A DNA stretch of 64,000 nt from the NCBI GenBank assembly GCA_964057225.1, contig OZ059899.1, positions 10,974,001 to 11,038,000 of the forward strand, read 5' to 3'. Below the pieces are notes generated by a model. The model was not told the DNA's origin. It saw nothing but the letters and a program-made list of their open reading frames with translations, and made no database searches. Positions within the stretch are counted from its first letter, which is position 1, and each line of letters opens with the position of its first letter. Both the position numbers and the translations under genes were made by a program. This stretch comes from Auanema rhodensis. Lineage: Eukaryota > Animalia > Nematoda. Positions 44,478-57,636 of this stretch are shown piece after piece.

Positions 44478-44551
44478 TGCCGCCAGCAGGGGTCGAACCT
44501 GCGACCTTGGGCTTATTAGACCCACGTTCTAACCGACTGAGCTATGGCGGC
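44478..44551 (-). tRNA. trnI: tRNA-Ile(AAT), G24A variant
   Basis: D-stem GAAC. Confidence 0.88.
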
Positions 44552-45467
44552 TACGAAAGTACGAAATAACAAAGCGCTGATTATAGGAAACGTGAATGAA
44601 TGCAGATATTCTCAATTCCGATTCATTAACTAGATCGTGGTCAGCATTTTACAACATTGATAAAATAGAAACTGAGAAAAAACATCAACAAATGACACTA
44701 TTAACTTGGTTTTTTGAACAGCTTTTTTATATTTCTTTTTTCACTATGAGAGAACTTATATTTATTGCTTTTTCAAAATTTTCCATTTTTAACATTATAC
44801 ATCTTGACTATCACACATTGAGAACAACAGTTGGCAATGTTGGTTGTCACGTCATATTTCATGCAGTTAGATTTTCAGACACATTAATACCTTTAACCAT
44901 TCTTCTTATGAGTTTTGTAACGATAGATCGTAATAGGATATGAATTGCTATAATATGAAAAAATACAAGACATAGTCAACATTGATTTCCCCAAATAGTA
45001 TCATGTTTGCTTGTTATTCAATTAGAACACTTTTTTTTGATTGTTTTCTTGAAATATTCTTTTTTTTTCTTTAACAAAGTTATGACTGAGATTAGAAAAC
45101 TAGATCGTGGTCAGCATTTTACAACATTGATAAAATAGAAACTGAGAAAAAAACATCAACAAATGACACTATTAACTTGGTTTTTTAACATCTTTTTTAT
45201 ATTTCTTTTTTCACTATGAGAGAACTTATATTTATTGCTTTTTCAAAATTTTCCATTTTTAACATTATACATCTTGACTATCACACATTGAGAACAACAG
45301 TTGGCAATGTTGGTTGTCACGTCATGTTTCATGCAGTTAGATTTTCAGACACATTAATACCTTTGACCATTCTTCTTATGAGTTTTGTAACGATAGATCG
45401 TAATAGGAAATGAATTGCTATAATATGAAAAAATACAAGACATAGTCAACATTGATTTCCCCAAATA

Positions 45468-45900
45468 GTATCATGTTTGCTTGTTATTCAATTAGAACAC
45501 TTATTTTTTGATTGTTTTCTCGAAATATCGTTCCATGCGGACGCCTAGTGTATGTAGTTAGTGTGTTAGAGTTAGACTGACTAGAGGACTGAGGAATAGC
45601 TCCGCCTTACCTCGGTTCTCTAACCAGGAGTTCGCCTCTTAGCAAGCCCATGGACGGTTTGTATCTAGTTTATGATATCATCTATCATATCATCTGTATC
45701 ATGTTTGCTTGTTATTCAATTAGAACACTTATTTTTTGATTGTTTTCTCGAAATATCGTTCCATGCGGACGCCTAGTGTATGTAGTTAGTGGGTTAGAGT
45801 TAGACTGACTAGAGGACTGAGGAATAGCTCCGCCTTACCTCGGTTCTCTAACCAGGAGTTCGCCTCTTAGCAAGCCCATGGACGGTTTGTATCTAGTTTA
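45468..45900 (+). repeat. 205-bp tandem duplication spanning the array/LTR junction, with 23-bp filler
   Basis: 45468-45672 repeated at 45696-45900 with one substitution; filler at 45673-45695. Confidence 0.93.
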
Positions 45901-46121
45901 GTTTATCTTGTACATTAGTCATTGTCTTGTAAATGTAGTCTACTCCATTCTTGTATTATTGTAGTGTAATGTTGTTGTATCGTGTATAATAAATCTATCC
46001 TTTTCCTTATCTTATGATATCCTTATGCTCTGTTTTCATACGCTACACTTATGGAATACTATCCGCGTAGTTGAGCAGACTACAATGGTCTGTTCAATAT
46101 ACGCAGGAGCATAATGGAACG
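45757..46121 (+). repeat. 5' LTR of element 3 (365 bp)
   Basis: CGTTCCAT...ATGGAACG termini, homologous to element 2 LTR; AATAAA 45988-45993. Confidence 0.93.
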
Positions 46122-46134
46122 TGGAGGTTCCACC
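46122..46134 (+). promoter_or_regulatory. Primer binding site, tRNA-Gln
   Basis: TGGAGGTTCCACC directly after the LTR. Confidence 0.85.
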
Positions 46135-46194
46135 TCGAACTCACTTTTGATCAAAATTAACCTCGAAAAGTTTATTTTTTGAAACTAAATTAAA

Positions 46195-46830
46195 ATTTCC
46201 TCCACGGTTAGCAACTAAATGTAGGCGCCAACTTGTATTTAGGATACAGATACAAGGGATCTCTTTTGATTGAGAGATAGGACAAAAATTTTTCAAAAAT
46301 TGCCCGCCGTTCTCATATTTAAACCGTCTGAATGTCCACCCTTTGTAATACCGTATCTCGTACCGCTTCTTATGCATTTTTTTTTGAGGACGTTTGGACT
46401 AAAATAGAGAACGATTTTACCAGACGAAAACTAATCGAATTTTGATTACATTTTGCAATGAGAAGAATAACTCTTGGAAACAAAATAACATAAACGCGCG
46501 CATAACTATAACATTTTTAATTTTGTGGTCAGGACTAGCATACTTCAAATTATGATCATATTCAGACGCACAAGATCACAGATTGAATAATATTTTGCGG
46601 GAAATTGACTGAAAGTCAGAGAAAATCATTAAGATAGACCACACTAGTCCGAAAAATCCTGGTAAATCTGCTCAGTGAGACTTTTTTTTAGCTCTTACTT
46701 GACAGTCAGGTCAGGTTGGCGAAAACATAACTGCTTTGGATTTTATCCCCATAGAGTATGTAACCTTCCTCAACTCATTTTGTTGCATACATCATAAGAT
46801 AACCACATATTCCTACCGTAACCTTAAAAT
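46195..46830 (+). ncRNA. Conserved structured cis-RNA in the 5' leader of element 3 (function unknown)
   Basis: Covarying helices relative to element 2. Confidence 0.65.
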
Positions 46831-47381
46831 TTTCACATATTTCTGTTAAAACCGGAATAATTTTCGTATTCTTCAGCAAATAAGCGAAAAAAAAAAAAAA
46901 AAAATTTTCTCGTTCTTTTGTTGTTCATATTTGATTGCGAAATTTTATTTAATAATTTTACTTCAAAAAGGTACAATCGAAAAAAAAAAAAGAAAAAAGC
47001 GATGTAATTTTCTATTCATTTGTGAACGACAAAGGAAACACAAAGTAAACTTATGCCTCATACACTTTTTGTATTGTGAAGGTTATTCAAAATGGTTGCA
47101 ATTCCATTTTGAAATTGGTTCCAAGTGACTAAAAGAACCGGAAACACAAAAGAAAAAAAAAAATTTTGAAAAGTACACATGTACAACAAACACCGTCATT
47201 ACGGATTTAATAGAAGGACCGAGTATGTCAAATTATAAACACGATTGCTGATTGCCGAATACGGTGGATGGGCGGAGTTAGATCTCTGGCCAAGATTGAA
47301 AATCCCTTCTCATTCACCCTGCAGCATCGCCCCAGCGACGCACGAAAAGTTTCTACTTTAATACAACTCTCATCCTATCTA

Positions 47382-50300
47382 CAGAATACTCAGCTACTAA
47401 CGTCAACATCCCTCACGTAGCCCACCACTCTCGGTTTTTCCAAACCAAGAGTACTACAAAGGTGGCAAAGAGATTTGCTTCGGCTTTTCCAGCCCTTCAC
47501 CCATCAGATTCTAACAGCGACGCTACCGTCGCTAGCCGTACAAGAAGCCGCACACGACTCCTCAGTGTTCAAATAGAAGAGTCTAATCAGCCGGACGAAA
47601 AGCCGAAACCACAACTCGACAAATTCTATACTCCACGCGAAGGTACATATTCACCTTCTGACGACACCGACGAAGACCCGGACTTCATCATAGCCGACGG
47701 CAACGCTCAAACTCCCACTACAAACCCCAAGGTACGCTCATTTAATACTAATAAAAATCGAAAAATTCAAAAAGAAAATCCGACAACCGTATCTGCCTCT
47801 CCTGTTAACTCAGATCCAAACACTTTATCAGCTATCACTGATAACACACTCTCTCCTTCTATAGAGCTAACCCAGAGTCCATAGGCGTATTCCGCAACTA
47901 CAGACCTTCGAAACTCTTCAAATCAAGAGCTCACCGAAGCTAATACTAGCCAATCTCCTTTATCAGCTATCACTGATAAGCTCAAAAAGAATATTTCCAA
48001 TAAGAGGAAAACCAGCACACCCCGTAAACGAACAAAAGTAACCACTGAGGCAGAAGCACCCTCCGCAGAAGCTTCAGAAGTTTCACCGTTATCACTTACA
48101 ACTGATAAGTACAAAAACAAGAGATCGTTAACAGCCCGACTGATAAAGATCTTAAACTTATCTCCAGGTGATAAAGCAACAACTCCCAATACCGTAAGAC
48201 CTCGATTTGCTTCACATAACTCTTATCTTAACAAATCAGATAGCGCAATCCTTAGCTCCCAATCAACTCCTATAACACCGCCTCAGGCATCTGGCAGGGT
48301 TATCAAGGTCCAAAAAGCTCGTTTTACAACAGCGGTTCCCGTTATAAGCTCTTCAATCGATTCAGAGACCGGTGGCTCTTCAGAGACAAGAAGAAACACT
48401 TACCCAGAAGCATCAATAAGTGAAGTGATAACATCACCTATCACACACCCCAAAGGCATTTCATCAGAAATGACTGAAACACCACGTCTCCCGGGAGCTG
48501 GTAAATCAACCATTGCTCAGGCATTAAGCTCTCCATACTGCCCCATATATGATGGAAGTCGTAACTTTCGAGATTTCGTTGCGAAATTTAACACCTTCTC
48601 TAATGCCTTAGGCTTAGTGATGCCTGAGAGATTAACTATCTTGCCTCTACTTCTCAAAAATGAAAGAGCGGAAGAAGCTTATACACAGCTGGCCAATGAA
48701 ATAAAGACAGCTGGACCTTGGATCACACTGATCGAAGAGTTAACATCGAAGCTTTGCCCTGAATATAATCAGGACCCGGCACTGATAACGCTTCAAAATT
48801 CCACCCAAGGCGACTTATCAGTGGATGGATTTGCGCAAACCCTACGTAACTTAAGTTTGAACGCATTTTCTCAGAGTGATCCTCACAAGGATCACATCCT
48901 CCGATCAACATTTTTGCGAGGACTCAAAAACAGCATACGCCCTGGGGTAATCAGAGCAAAACCCAAAACTTTTTCTGAAGCTATTGATAACGCCCGTTGG
49001 GAAGAATCAATAGCTAATCAAGTAGCTGACCCTCAAGCGTTACTTGTAAACGCAATAGAAAGAACATTCCCACAAAGGAGAGATCCTGGTAGGCGAGGAA
49101 ACGGTAGAGGATATCAATCATTCAACAATAAAAATTATCAAAATTATCAAAAAATTATCAAAATTCATCAAACTATCAAAAACCTCAAAATTATCAAAAT
49201 TCATTTGCAAGAAATCGCAATTTTGGTAATCGCGGTCGAAATTTTTCAAATCAACCTAACTCGAATTGGTATCAAAGAAATAATACTTTATCACGCAACC
49301 AGGAGATAAACGATAACCGTCAACGCTTAAATAATCCCTTCAGGGGAAATAACAACAACAGAGGAAGAGGAAGAGGCTCTAGAGTCAATAACTTGACTTT
49401 AATATCTCCTTTAACATTAGCAGTAGCTTTATCAGTAATCTTATCACTGATCACCACTGTGGAAGCTTATCAGCTATGCACAAAAGCTACCGGAGGAGCC
49501 CTTCTGATTCCACCTTCCCTTAGAAAATGTTCCATACCATCAACAAAACACGTGCTTCGGACAAGAATTCATCTTTACACAAGAAATCAAACAGCTCACG
49601 AATGGGACGCCTGGAGATGCTCTAAAGAGGTTCATAAAATATGTATAAGAGACCTCCTATTTCTTCGAGACTACAACAGTACAGTTGACAGAATCGAAAA
49701 AATACCAGCCGCAGAATGCAGGTTGGCAGTACGAGATAGGAAATGGAGCTCTGAGGAATTGAAAAAACTTGATAGCATTACATATGCAACAAACGAGCCA
49801 ACATTTTCGCCCGGACGATCGCTCAATAATGAACAATGCGAAGAAAAACCTCGACTGGTACTAGAACGAGGAGTAATGACAAGAATGCCAGATGACACTG
49901 TAATATCGAATTTAATTTTGAATACTGAAGGCTGTCTTTCGCATCACGGAGAATGTGCGTCTAACACTTCTATAATCATTTGGGACAAACCTTACGAGAA
50001 TCGTTGTAATTACATTGACATGAGCGAATATGATGCTATAATTGGAGACAGCATCATTCTCATCCCAACAACGCAGTCTGCACTTGTCATTGAGAACAAA
50101 AAAGTCCCGAAAGAAATATCATCTTGTTTCCAACAACCAATTTTTCACACTACAACTGGAAATTATATTCTCTTCCCGAAGTTCCCAAACGACATCAATA
50201 TACATGAACTGATCGAAAGAGAATTCAAGAAATTACCGCCAAAAAGGACAAAAAGAGCCATTGCAGAATGCAAGGTTGAAATGAACAAAGAATGGATTCA

Positions 50301-53300
50301 ACAACAGGAAGATTTTGAAACAATAATTTTAAACATCTGCCCATATCCATTTCTCCGACCAGTTATGAGCAACCCGGGAATTTCCCAAATTATCCCACTC
50401 ATGCGTAGCAGACAAATAGCAGATCCTTCATACTCTGTTGTCGACTGGATTTCCGCACATCCTGAGAAATTCTATTTCTTTCTTCGAAATCCCGTCTCAG
50501 ATAAATCAATACAACGATTTTTCAAAATTTACGAACTGCGTAACCCTGAAGAGGCTATACTCTTCTTTTTGGCACAAAAAGAGCTGGCAGCAACCACAAG
50601 AGGCGCTATCCGGTACCTTACTTCTCTACAACTATTAGAGCAGATCGGCGACAGATTGTCAGCGGAAGAATTTGACGAAAAACTCTTAAAGAAAGATGGA
50701 TCATACCGCGAAAGAGCAGAAAGCATAGCATTAGAACTAGCATTTACGCCCGTAGTATTTGAAAACAACTTGTCGGTACCATCAAAACAAGAAGTTTTAA
50801 AAGCCTTTGTGAACATGCCGCCTACGAGGCCCAGTTTAACAACTGATAGTGAGGAGGAGAGAAGAGTACTTGAAAACACTCTCGACTTATATCACAACAT
50901 AATCAAACTACGCGTGGCTAGGCCAAATAGAACGATAGCCGCCAAGGATGATGAAAGGTTTCGTCATCTGCCGGTTCCTGCCACCAAACTACCAGATATA
51001 CATACATTATACCACGATATAGAGAACAATTTTGGTATACCGGTGGGCCCACATCCTCGTATACAGAATCCTAGCAAAGATACGCGAGAATTGCTCATTC
51101 GGACATTCCTACCTTTGCTAGAAGACACACGCAAACCACCTTACTTGAGTAGAAGACTGCCTATTACCACCACTCAAATGACACCACTATCAGGGCCTCC
51201 GGAAACAATTTACAAAGAACCTACAAAAAGTCAGACGACCTATGCACCACAGCCAGTAACAAAAACCGCTACCTTGGTGCAGCAAACAACAAGATTTGAT
51301 GAAACTACTGAGACAACCACGACACACGCAACAAGCACGATGTTATATGCTTTGTACACTGAGAAAACACCTTCAACAATGACACCCATATCCGAAACCA
51401 CGCTACGCTCCTTAAGGAAACAAAGAACATCATCGCCTCCTATAGAAACAAAAGCGATTCAGGCTCAGAGCAATTATATAGCATCAAAAGTGAACAATGA
51501 AATGCAAACTAATCAAAATACATCTCGAAAAATAGCACAAGATCATCTGCAATACGCTACCACAATTGTGCAGGAAGAACTACAACGACATTTTGTGGAA
51601 TCTTTTGAATCCATATGTGAAATCCAGAATAGATACCTGGAATTATGGCGTTCTATTTTACAAATAGAGCCCACAATTGCAATGAGGACCATACTAGGTA
51701 GAGACGATATTGCAGCGCGTTTTGTGGGCAGCGAGATAGTACATGTTCACATATGTCTACCTCTGAAGCCTAAGACTGTTCATTATTCACATAAGATCAA
51801 CGAAACTTGCTATCTAGAGACGCCAGTAACAACAGAGGAGAATAAATTGTATTTTGCTGCACCAGGATCGAAAGATTTATTGACACATGGAAAAGAAATA
51901 AATTGCGATCACGTACCAACTGATGTATATTCAAAAGATGGCGAGTGGATGAATGTCAATGGGTCGGTAGAAGTGAACCCCATCTCACTTCTTGATGGTG
52001 CTCACCATCATCAAATTACACCATTGAAATTTACAGGAGCTCATCTTTATACGAATCTTTCATCACGAATATACTCAATGACTACAGCAATCGCATACGG
52101 AGCTAGTCTTGCATCAATACGACAAAATCACGTATTACATACCATTCACAATGATCCTCAAATAACATCGACATTTAATCTTTTGAAAAGGGGCAGCGAT
52201 TATATCTCGAAAGCTAAAGAATTTACATCTACAGCCTGGAACAGTGTCATAGATAGTTTGATAGGGTCAATTGAAAAAACACTCATATTCATAGGATCCG
52301 TGGTCATAATTATCGCATTGACCATTATTGTTATCGTCATCGCTAAACTATACTTCTGTAAAACAATGCCGTTACCTATCATGCACATTCAAGGCATGGA
52401 TCATGAGCCCCCAGGCTATGAAGAAACATTGGAACTTGTTAGTCGAGCAGATCAACCAATGCCAGAAAGCATAATGAAACAATACTATCCAGCTCTGGTG
52501 ACATTTATTCCATTAGCAATGCCATTCATCTCTTCTATTAGAGCAACGGAAACAAAGTTACCTTTGATATACATATCAGTAGAGGACAAGCTGATACTAG
52601 CACTATGGGATTCAGGCTCATCAGTCTCATATGTTAGGCTATCGACACTAAAATATTTAAATATGGCTCAACATATTAAAAAGAGACGTTTAGTTGCAAT
52701 GGCTGCTAATAAATCAACATTCACATTATATGGAAAAATAGAACTCATTATTGAAATTGCTGGTTATGAAATCGAACACACATTTTTGGTCTCGAGCGAT
52801 AACGATTGCCCAGCCCCAGCGTTAATTGGACTCGACTTCATGAAAACGCTCGATAGCGAAAACATCGACGTCAGCCTGAAACCATCCAAAAAAACGCTCG
52901 AGATTGGTAACCACGCTCTTCCTTTGATTGAACAAGAAGTCATTAAACAGAAATCAATAACTGTAAACATCATCAATTTAAAAAGACGTATACTACAGCC
53001 TGAAGAAGAAGCTCCTATACCAATCAAAACAGACAGGCCACTCGAACAAAACGAAGTGGTAGTCTTAGGAGACAACGGAAGCGCGTTAGCCACCAGTTAT
53101 CCAACAGCGTTTCGTGATACATGTGGAGTATATGTTATATTCAGAAACAATACAGATAAAACGATAGAAATAGAACCCAACTCGGTAATTGGGCAAGCAA
53201 ACATAGGAGAAATCCAGTCCTGGCAGTCCATCAAGAACGAGCCAACAACGCCTTATATACCACCCGAGGCAGACTGGGAAAACAAATTACCACACTTTCC

Positions 53301-56262
53301 CAGAGATTTCATGAAAGACCTTAACCTTGAGAAAGCTGACCTAACAAAGGAAGATAAACAAGAACTAACAAAAATAATCGAACAACATAGGGAAGCTTTT
53401 CTAAATGAAGATAGAAAAATAGGCTTATTCAAAGGACCCGTCGAACATACTATTCCATTAAGAACGGACATGGATATGCCAAGACCAAGAATAACACGTA
53501 TTCCACTTGGAAAACAAGAAGAAATAGAAAGACAAATCCTAGAAATGCTTGAACAAGACATTATTGAACCATCTACATCTTTGTTCAATAGCCCTGTAGT
53601 ATTGGTCAAGAAGAAAGACGATACTTATAGGTTCGTGACAGATTTTCGAGCCTTAAATAACGTAACACGCAAGCAAACATATGTAATACCAAGCATTTCG
53701 GACATAGTTGACATGGCAGCGGGAGCTAAATTCTTCTCAAACTTCGACTTAGTATCAGGATTCTTTCAAATATCTTTACGGAAATCAGATCGACGATTAA
53801 CAGCATTTACTACAACATCAGGAACGTATCAATACAAACGTATGCCTATGGGTCTCTGTGGAGTCCCACATACATTTCAAACAGCTGTAAGATACTTGCA
53901 AAGTAAATGTTCTTGCAAACTATTTGTCTACCTGGACGATCTATTAGTCATATCAGATACAAGAGAACAACATCTCAAAGACATCGACGAATTATTGCAC
54001 GCAGTAGAAAAATTAGGAATGAAAATAAAGCTCAAGAAATGCGCTTTTGCACAACCAGAAGTGAAATTCTTAGGACTAATAGTTGGACGACAAGGAATGA
54101 AGCCAGATCCTCAAAAGGTCGCGGCTATACAGGACTATCCTGCACCTAAGAACGCAACAGGAGTACGCGCTTTCTTAGGAATGGTTGGATTCTTTCGAAA
54201 ATTTATAAAAGATTTTGCACGGATCGCAAGTCCTTTATACGACTTAACAAAGGCAGAGACTGAATTTATATGGAATAAAGAACATCAAGAAGCTATAGAT
54301 CTCCTAAAAAGAAGTCTTATACAGGCACCCGTGTTAAGCCCACCAAAATCAGATCGCTTATTTATCATTGAAAGCGACGGGAGTAACATTGCCATAGGTG
54401 CCGTATTACTACAACCTGAAGATCCAAGACAACCTCTAAAGAATCTACATCCAATCGCATTTGCAAGCAGAAAATTAGTAAAAGCAGAAAGGAATTATGC
54501 GCCTATAGAAATAGAAGAGCTAGGCCTAGTGTACGCGCTAAATCAGTTTCGAACATATATTCTTGGAACACATACAATATGCATTACGGACCATCGACCT
54601 CTTACTAGCTTACTAACGCGAAGAGACTTATTTGGACGACTCGCGAAATTTCAGCTAGTAATCCAAGAATACGATATCGAGATAAGATATAGAGAAGGCC
54701 AATTGAACAAAGTATGCGATGCTTTATCCCGATACATAGGAGAAGAAGCCAACGACGCAAGGCCTGAGACGAAGAAGAAGAAGAAAAAGGAAGAAATTCA
54801 CATAAATGCCATAAATACACCAACAATAAAGGAGCTTCAACTAAACACCCCTTGGATTAAAAGAACGATAACGGAGATAGAATATAGAGCACAAAAGAAT
54901 ATGACAGCAAACGATAGATACTGCGTTATAAACGATTTGCTCTATACAAGACCAACAGACAAAAAGCCTCATCCTGCAATCGTTATACCACAAGACCATC
55001 CAATAACGGACGAAATTATCAAATTATTTCACGAAGATCCCACCATAGCAGCACATCAAGGAATAAATAAGACAAAGGAAGCAATATTAAGAAGATTTTA
55101 TTGGACAAACATGCAGAATGACATCACAATGTTTATCAAAAACTGCATAAAATGTGCGCAAAGAAAGAAGGATCCCCATTCTATGACAGTTCAACCAATC
55201 GGACAATTTGAAATACCAAGTAAACCATTCGAACGGGTTCACATGGATATTATGGGACCATTCCCTCCCACACGAAGAAATTGCACCCATGTAATTACCA
55301 TACAAGACTCATTCACTAAGTGGGCGACAACAATAGCAGTTCCGTGTATTACAACAGAAATTACCATCGACAGATTTCTAAGGAATTTTGTATACATTTA
55401 TGGACCACCCCAGCGACTGATCACCGACCGAGGATCCAATTTTGTATCAAAAAAGTTCGAAGAAATGTGTAAAATGGTTGGAATAATACATGAACCTACC
55501 CTTCCTCATCAATAGAACTCTAACGGTCAAGTCGAAAGACTACATAGAACGTTAGAGGAAGGGTTAACACACTATATGAAAAAAGACCTAAGCGAATGGG
55601 ATACCATTTTACCCAAGATTACTTTCGCGATCAACAATATTCAGCACGCTACAACCGGAATTGCACCATATGTAGCACTATTCGGAAAAGAAGGCAGAAT
55701 GATACTCGATGCCGAATTACCAGACACCATACGGAGAATACAGGAAATTTCTGATGAACTACTAGCAAGAAAGCCACAAATGATGAAAAGAAACCAAATA
55801 ATTCATGACCGAATAGCGCAGAATCAAGAAAATGCAAAGAAAAAGAAGGACCAAACACAAAGAACGCGCGACAGAAATATACAACCAGGAGATATGGTCA
55901 TGACCACTATAAAATCACATCAAATTGGTCAGAAACTACGAAAAAGCTACGATGGACCCTTCGAAGTCATCAATGTCGAAGGATCTAAGGTCCAAATAAG
56001 GAATGGAGCAGGAAAAATTCAAGACATTCATAAAGACAACCTCAAATTATTCTCTAATTCGGAACAAGACAGCGCTTACAATACCAGAGCGAGCAAATGG
56101 AAACAACAAGCCGAGGAAGAAGACGACAGCGATATTGAGGTCATCGAAGTAATAAAAGGGAACAAGGGAAGCGACTCAGAAACAGAACCAGAATCAGAAA
56201 TGGAGGATGGAAACGAACTATGGTTACCGACTAATACGAACCGACAGAGAATAAAAAAGTAA
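47382..56262 (+). pseudogene. Gag-Env-Pol polyprotein of element 3, disrupted
   Basis: Collinear with element 2; TAG at 47882-47884, frameshift near 49150, TAG at 55513-55515 inside integrase. Fragments 47462-47884, 48425-49309, 49393-55515 (env, PR DSG at 52609, RT YLDD 53929-53940, RH, IN) and 55576-56262. Confidence 0.92.
49393..52360 (+). other. Class III gB-like envelope glycoprotein domain of element 3
   Basis: Signal ..ITTVEA|YQLC, KRTKR, ICEIQNRYLELW, CYLETPV, TM LIFIGSVVIIIALTIIVIVI. Confidence 0.8.
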
Positions 56263-56910
56263 AATATTATAATTGATAACGATGAATTAGAAATTTCTTT
56301 GCAAGACATTAGAAATAGGCATCAAAAGAAGAGATTTCAAAAAAATAATAAACTTATGATGATATTAATTAATACTAAGACCAAAGCCGTACTACTATGC
56401 TGATTACAGAGATTTGAAACTTGTGAAAAAAAAAAATAATATAATAAATAAATAAATCAATAAAATGAAAAGCTCTACATGCCTCCCCATGATAGATGAG
56501 ACGAACACTGACAGGCATATAGACCACATGTCAACTGAGTGGTAGCCGCCATTAGTACTCGAGGATTCGCTCTGGGAGACAGGTAGAGACAGAGAAAAAT
56601 AGAAATCAATACCTCTACCACAGCTAGTATACGAGTTAGCAGTTGCAAGTATTAGTACAATGACCAAACTATACAAAAGCGATATACAAAAAAAAAAAAA
56701 AAAAAAATCTCTACTTATGATGACTATATGAAACAAACATATGAACTAAATATAAAAATTCTAATTCTTCGTTACCAAAAATTACGTATTTCATATTATT
56801 GTGTTAAAAATTTTTTTTTTCTCTCCAAACTGTAAAACACAACTACATACCAACTCAAAAACTTTTTGGTTAAAATTCGCGAGGACGCGAAAAATCTTTT
56901 GAAAAATCTT

Positions 56911-56969
56911 TCGAACCTGCGACCTTGGGCTTATTAGACCCACGCTCTAACCGACTGAGCTATGGCGGC
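56911..56969 (-). pseudogene. 3'-truncated tRNA-Ile(AAT)
   Basis: Plus strand begins TCGAACCTGCG; 3' T-stem, acceptor strand and terminator are missing. Confidence 0.93.
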
Positions 56970-57562
56970 TACGAAAGTACGAAATAACAAAGCGCTGATT
57001 ATAGGAAACGTGAATGAATGCAGATATTCTCAATTCCGATTCATTAACTAGATCGTGGTCAGCATTTTACAACATTGATAAAATAGAAACTGAGAAAAAA
57101 ACATCAACAAATGACACTATTAACTTGGTTTTTTGAACAGCTTTTTTATATTTCTTTTTTCACTATGAGAGAACTTATATTTATTGCTTTTTCAAAATTT
57201 TCCATTTTTAACATTATACATCTTGACTATCACACATTGAGAACAACAGTTGGCAATGTTGGTTGTCACGTCATATTTCATGCAGTTAGATTTTCAGACA
57301 CATTAATACCTTTGACCATTCTTCTTATGAGTTTTGTAACGATAGATCGTAATAGGAAATGAATTGGTATAATATGAAAAAATACAAGACATAGTCAACA
57401 TTGATTTCCCCAAATAGTATCATGTTTGCTTGTTATTCAATTAGAACACTTATTTTTTGATTGTTTTCTTGAAATATTCTTTTTTTTTCTTTAACAATGT
57501 TATGACTGAGATCAAAATTTGAACTTACTTTTGAACAATTAAACAGAAATTTAAAAAATATT

Positions 57563-57636
57563 TGCCGCCAGCAGGGGTCGAAACTGCGACCTTGGGCTTA
57601 TTAGACCCACGCTCTAACCGACTGAGCTATGGCGGC
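57563..57636 (-). tRNA. trnI: tRNA-Ile(AAT), G53T variant
   Basis: GCAGT TTCGACC. Confidence 0.85.

Larger units (their letters stand above)
26558..45528. repeat. tRNA-Ile tandem array, block B (~29 units, 27 full tRNA genes)
   Basis: 664-668 bp periodicity. Confidence 0.98.
45529..56906 (+). mobile_element. Ty3/gypsy element related to element 2, decayed, 3' LTR missing (element 3)
   Basis: LTR CGTTCC...GGAACG, same PBS, collinear gag-env-pol; ends within the PPT region. Confidence 0.96.

Noticed and set aside
46525-46650. Resemblance to group I intron P/R/S motifs (TTGCGGGAAA, TCAGGACTA, TAGTCC)
   Set aside because: Order is R-P-S rather than P-Q-R-S and no splice-site helix is evident; kept only as an unassigned structured RNA.
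49130-49170. Programmed gag/env frameshift in element 3
   Set aside because: Element 2 is in frame here; the shift lies in an A-run within a repeat and is a lesion or sequencing error.
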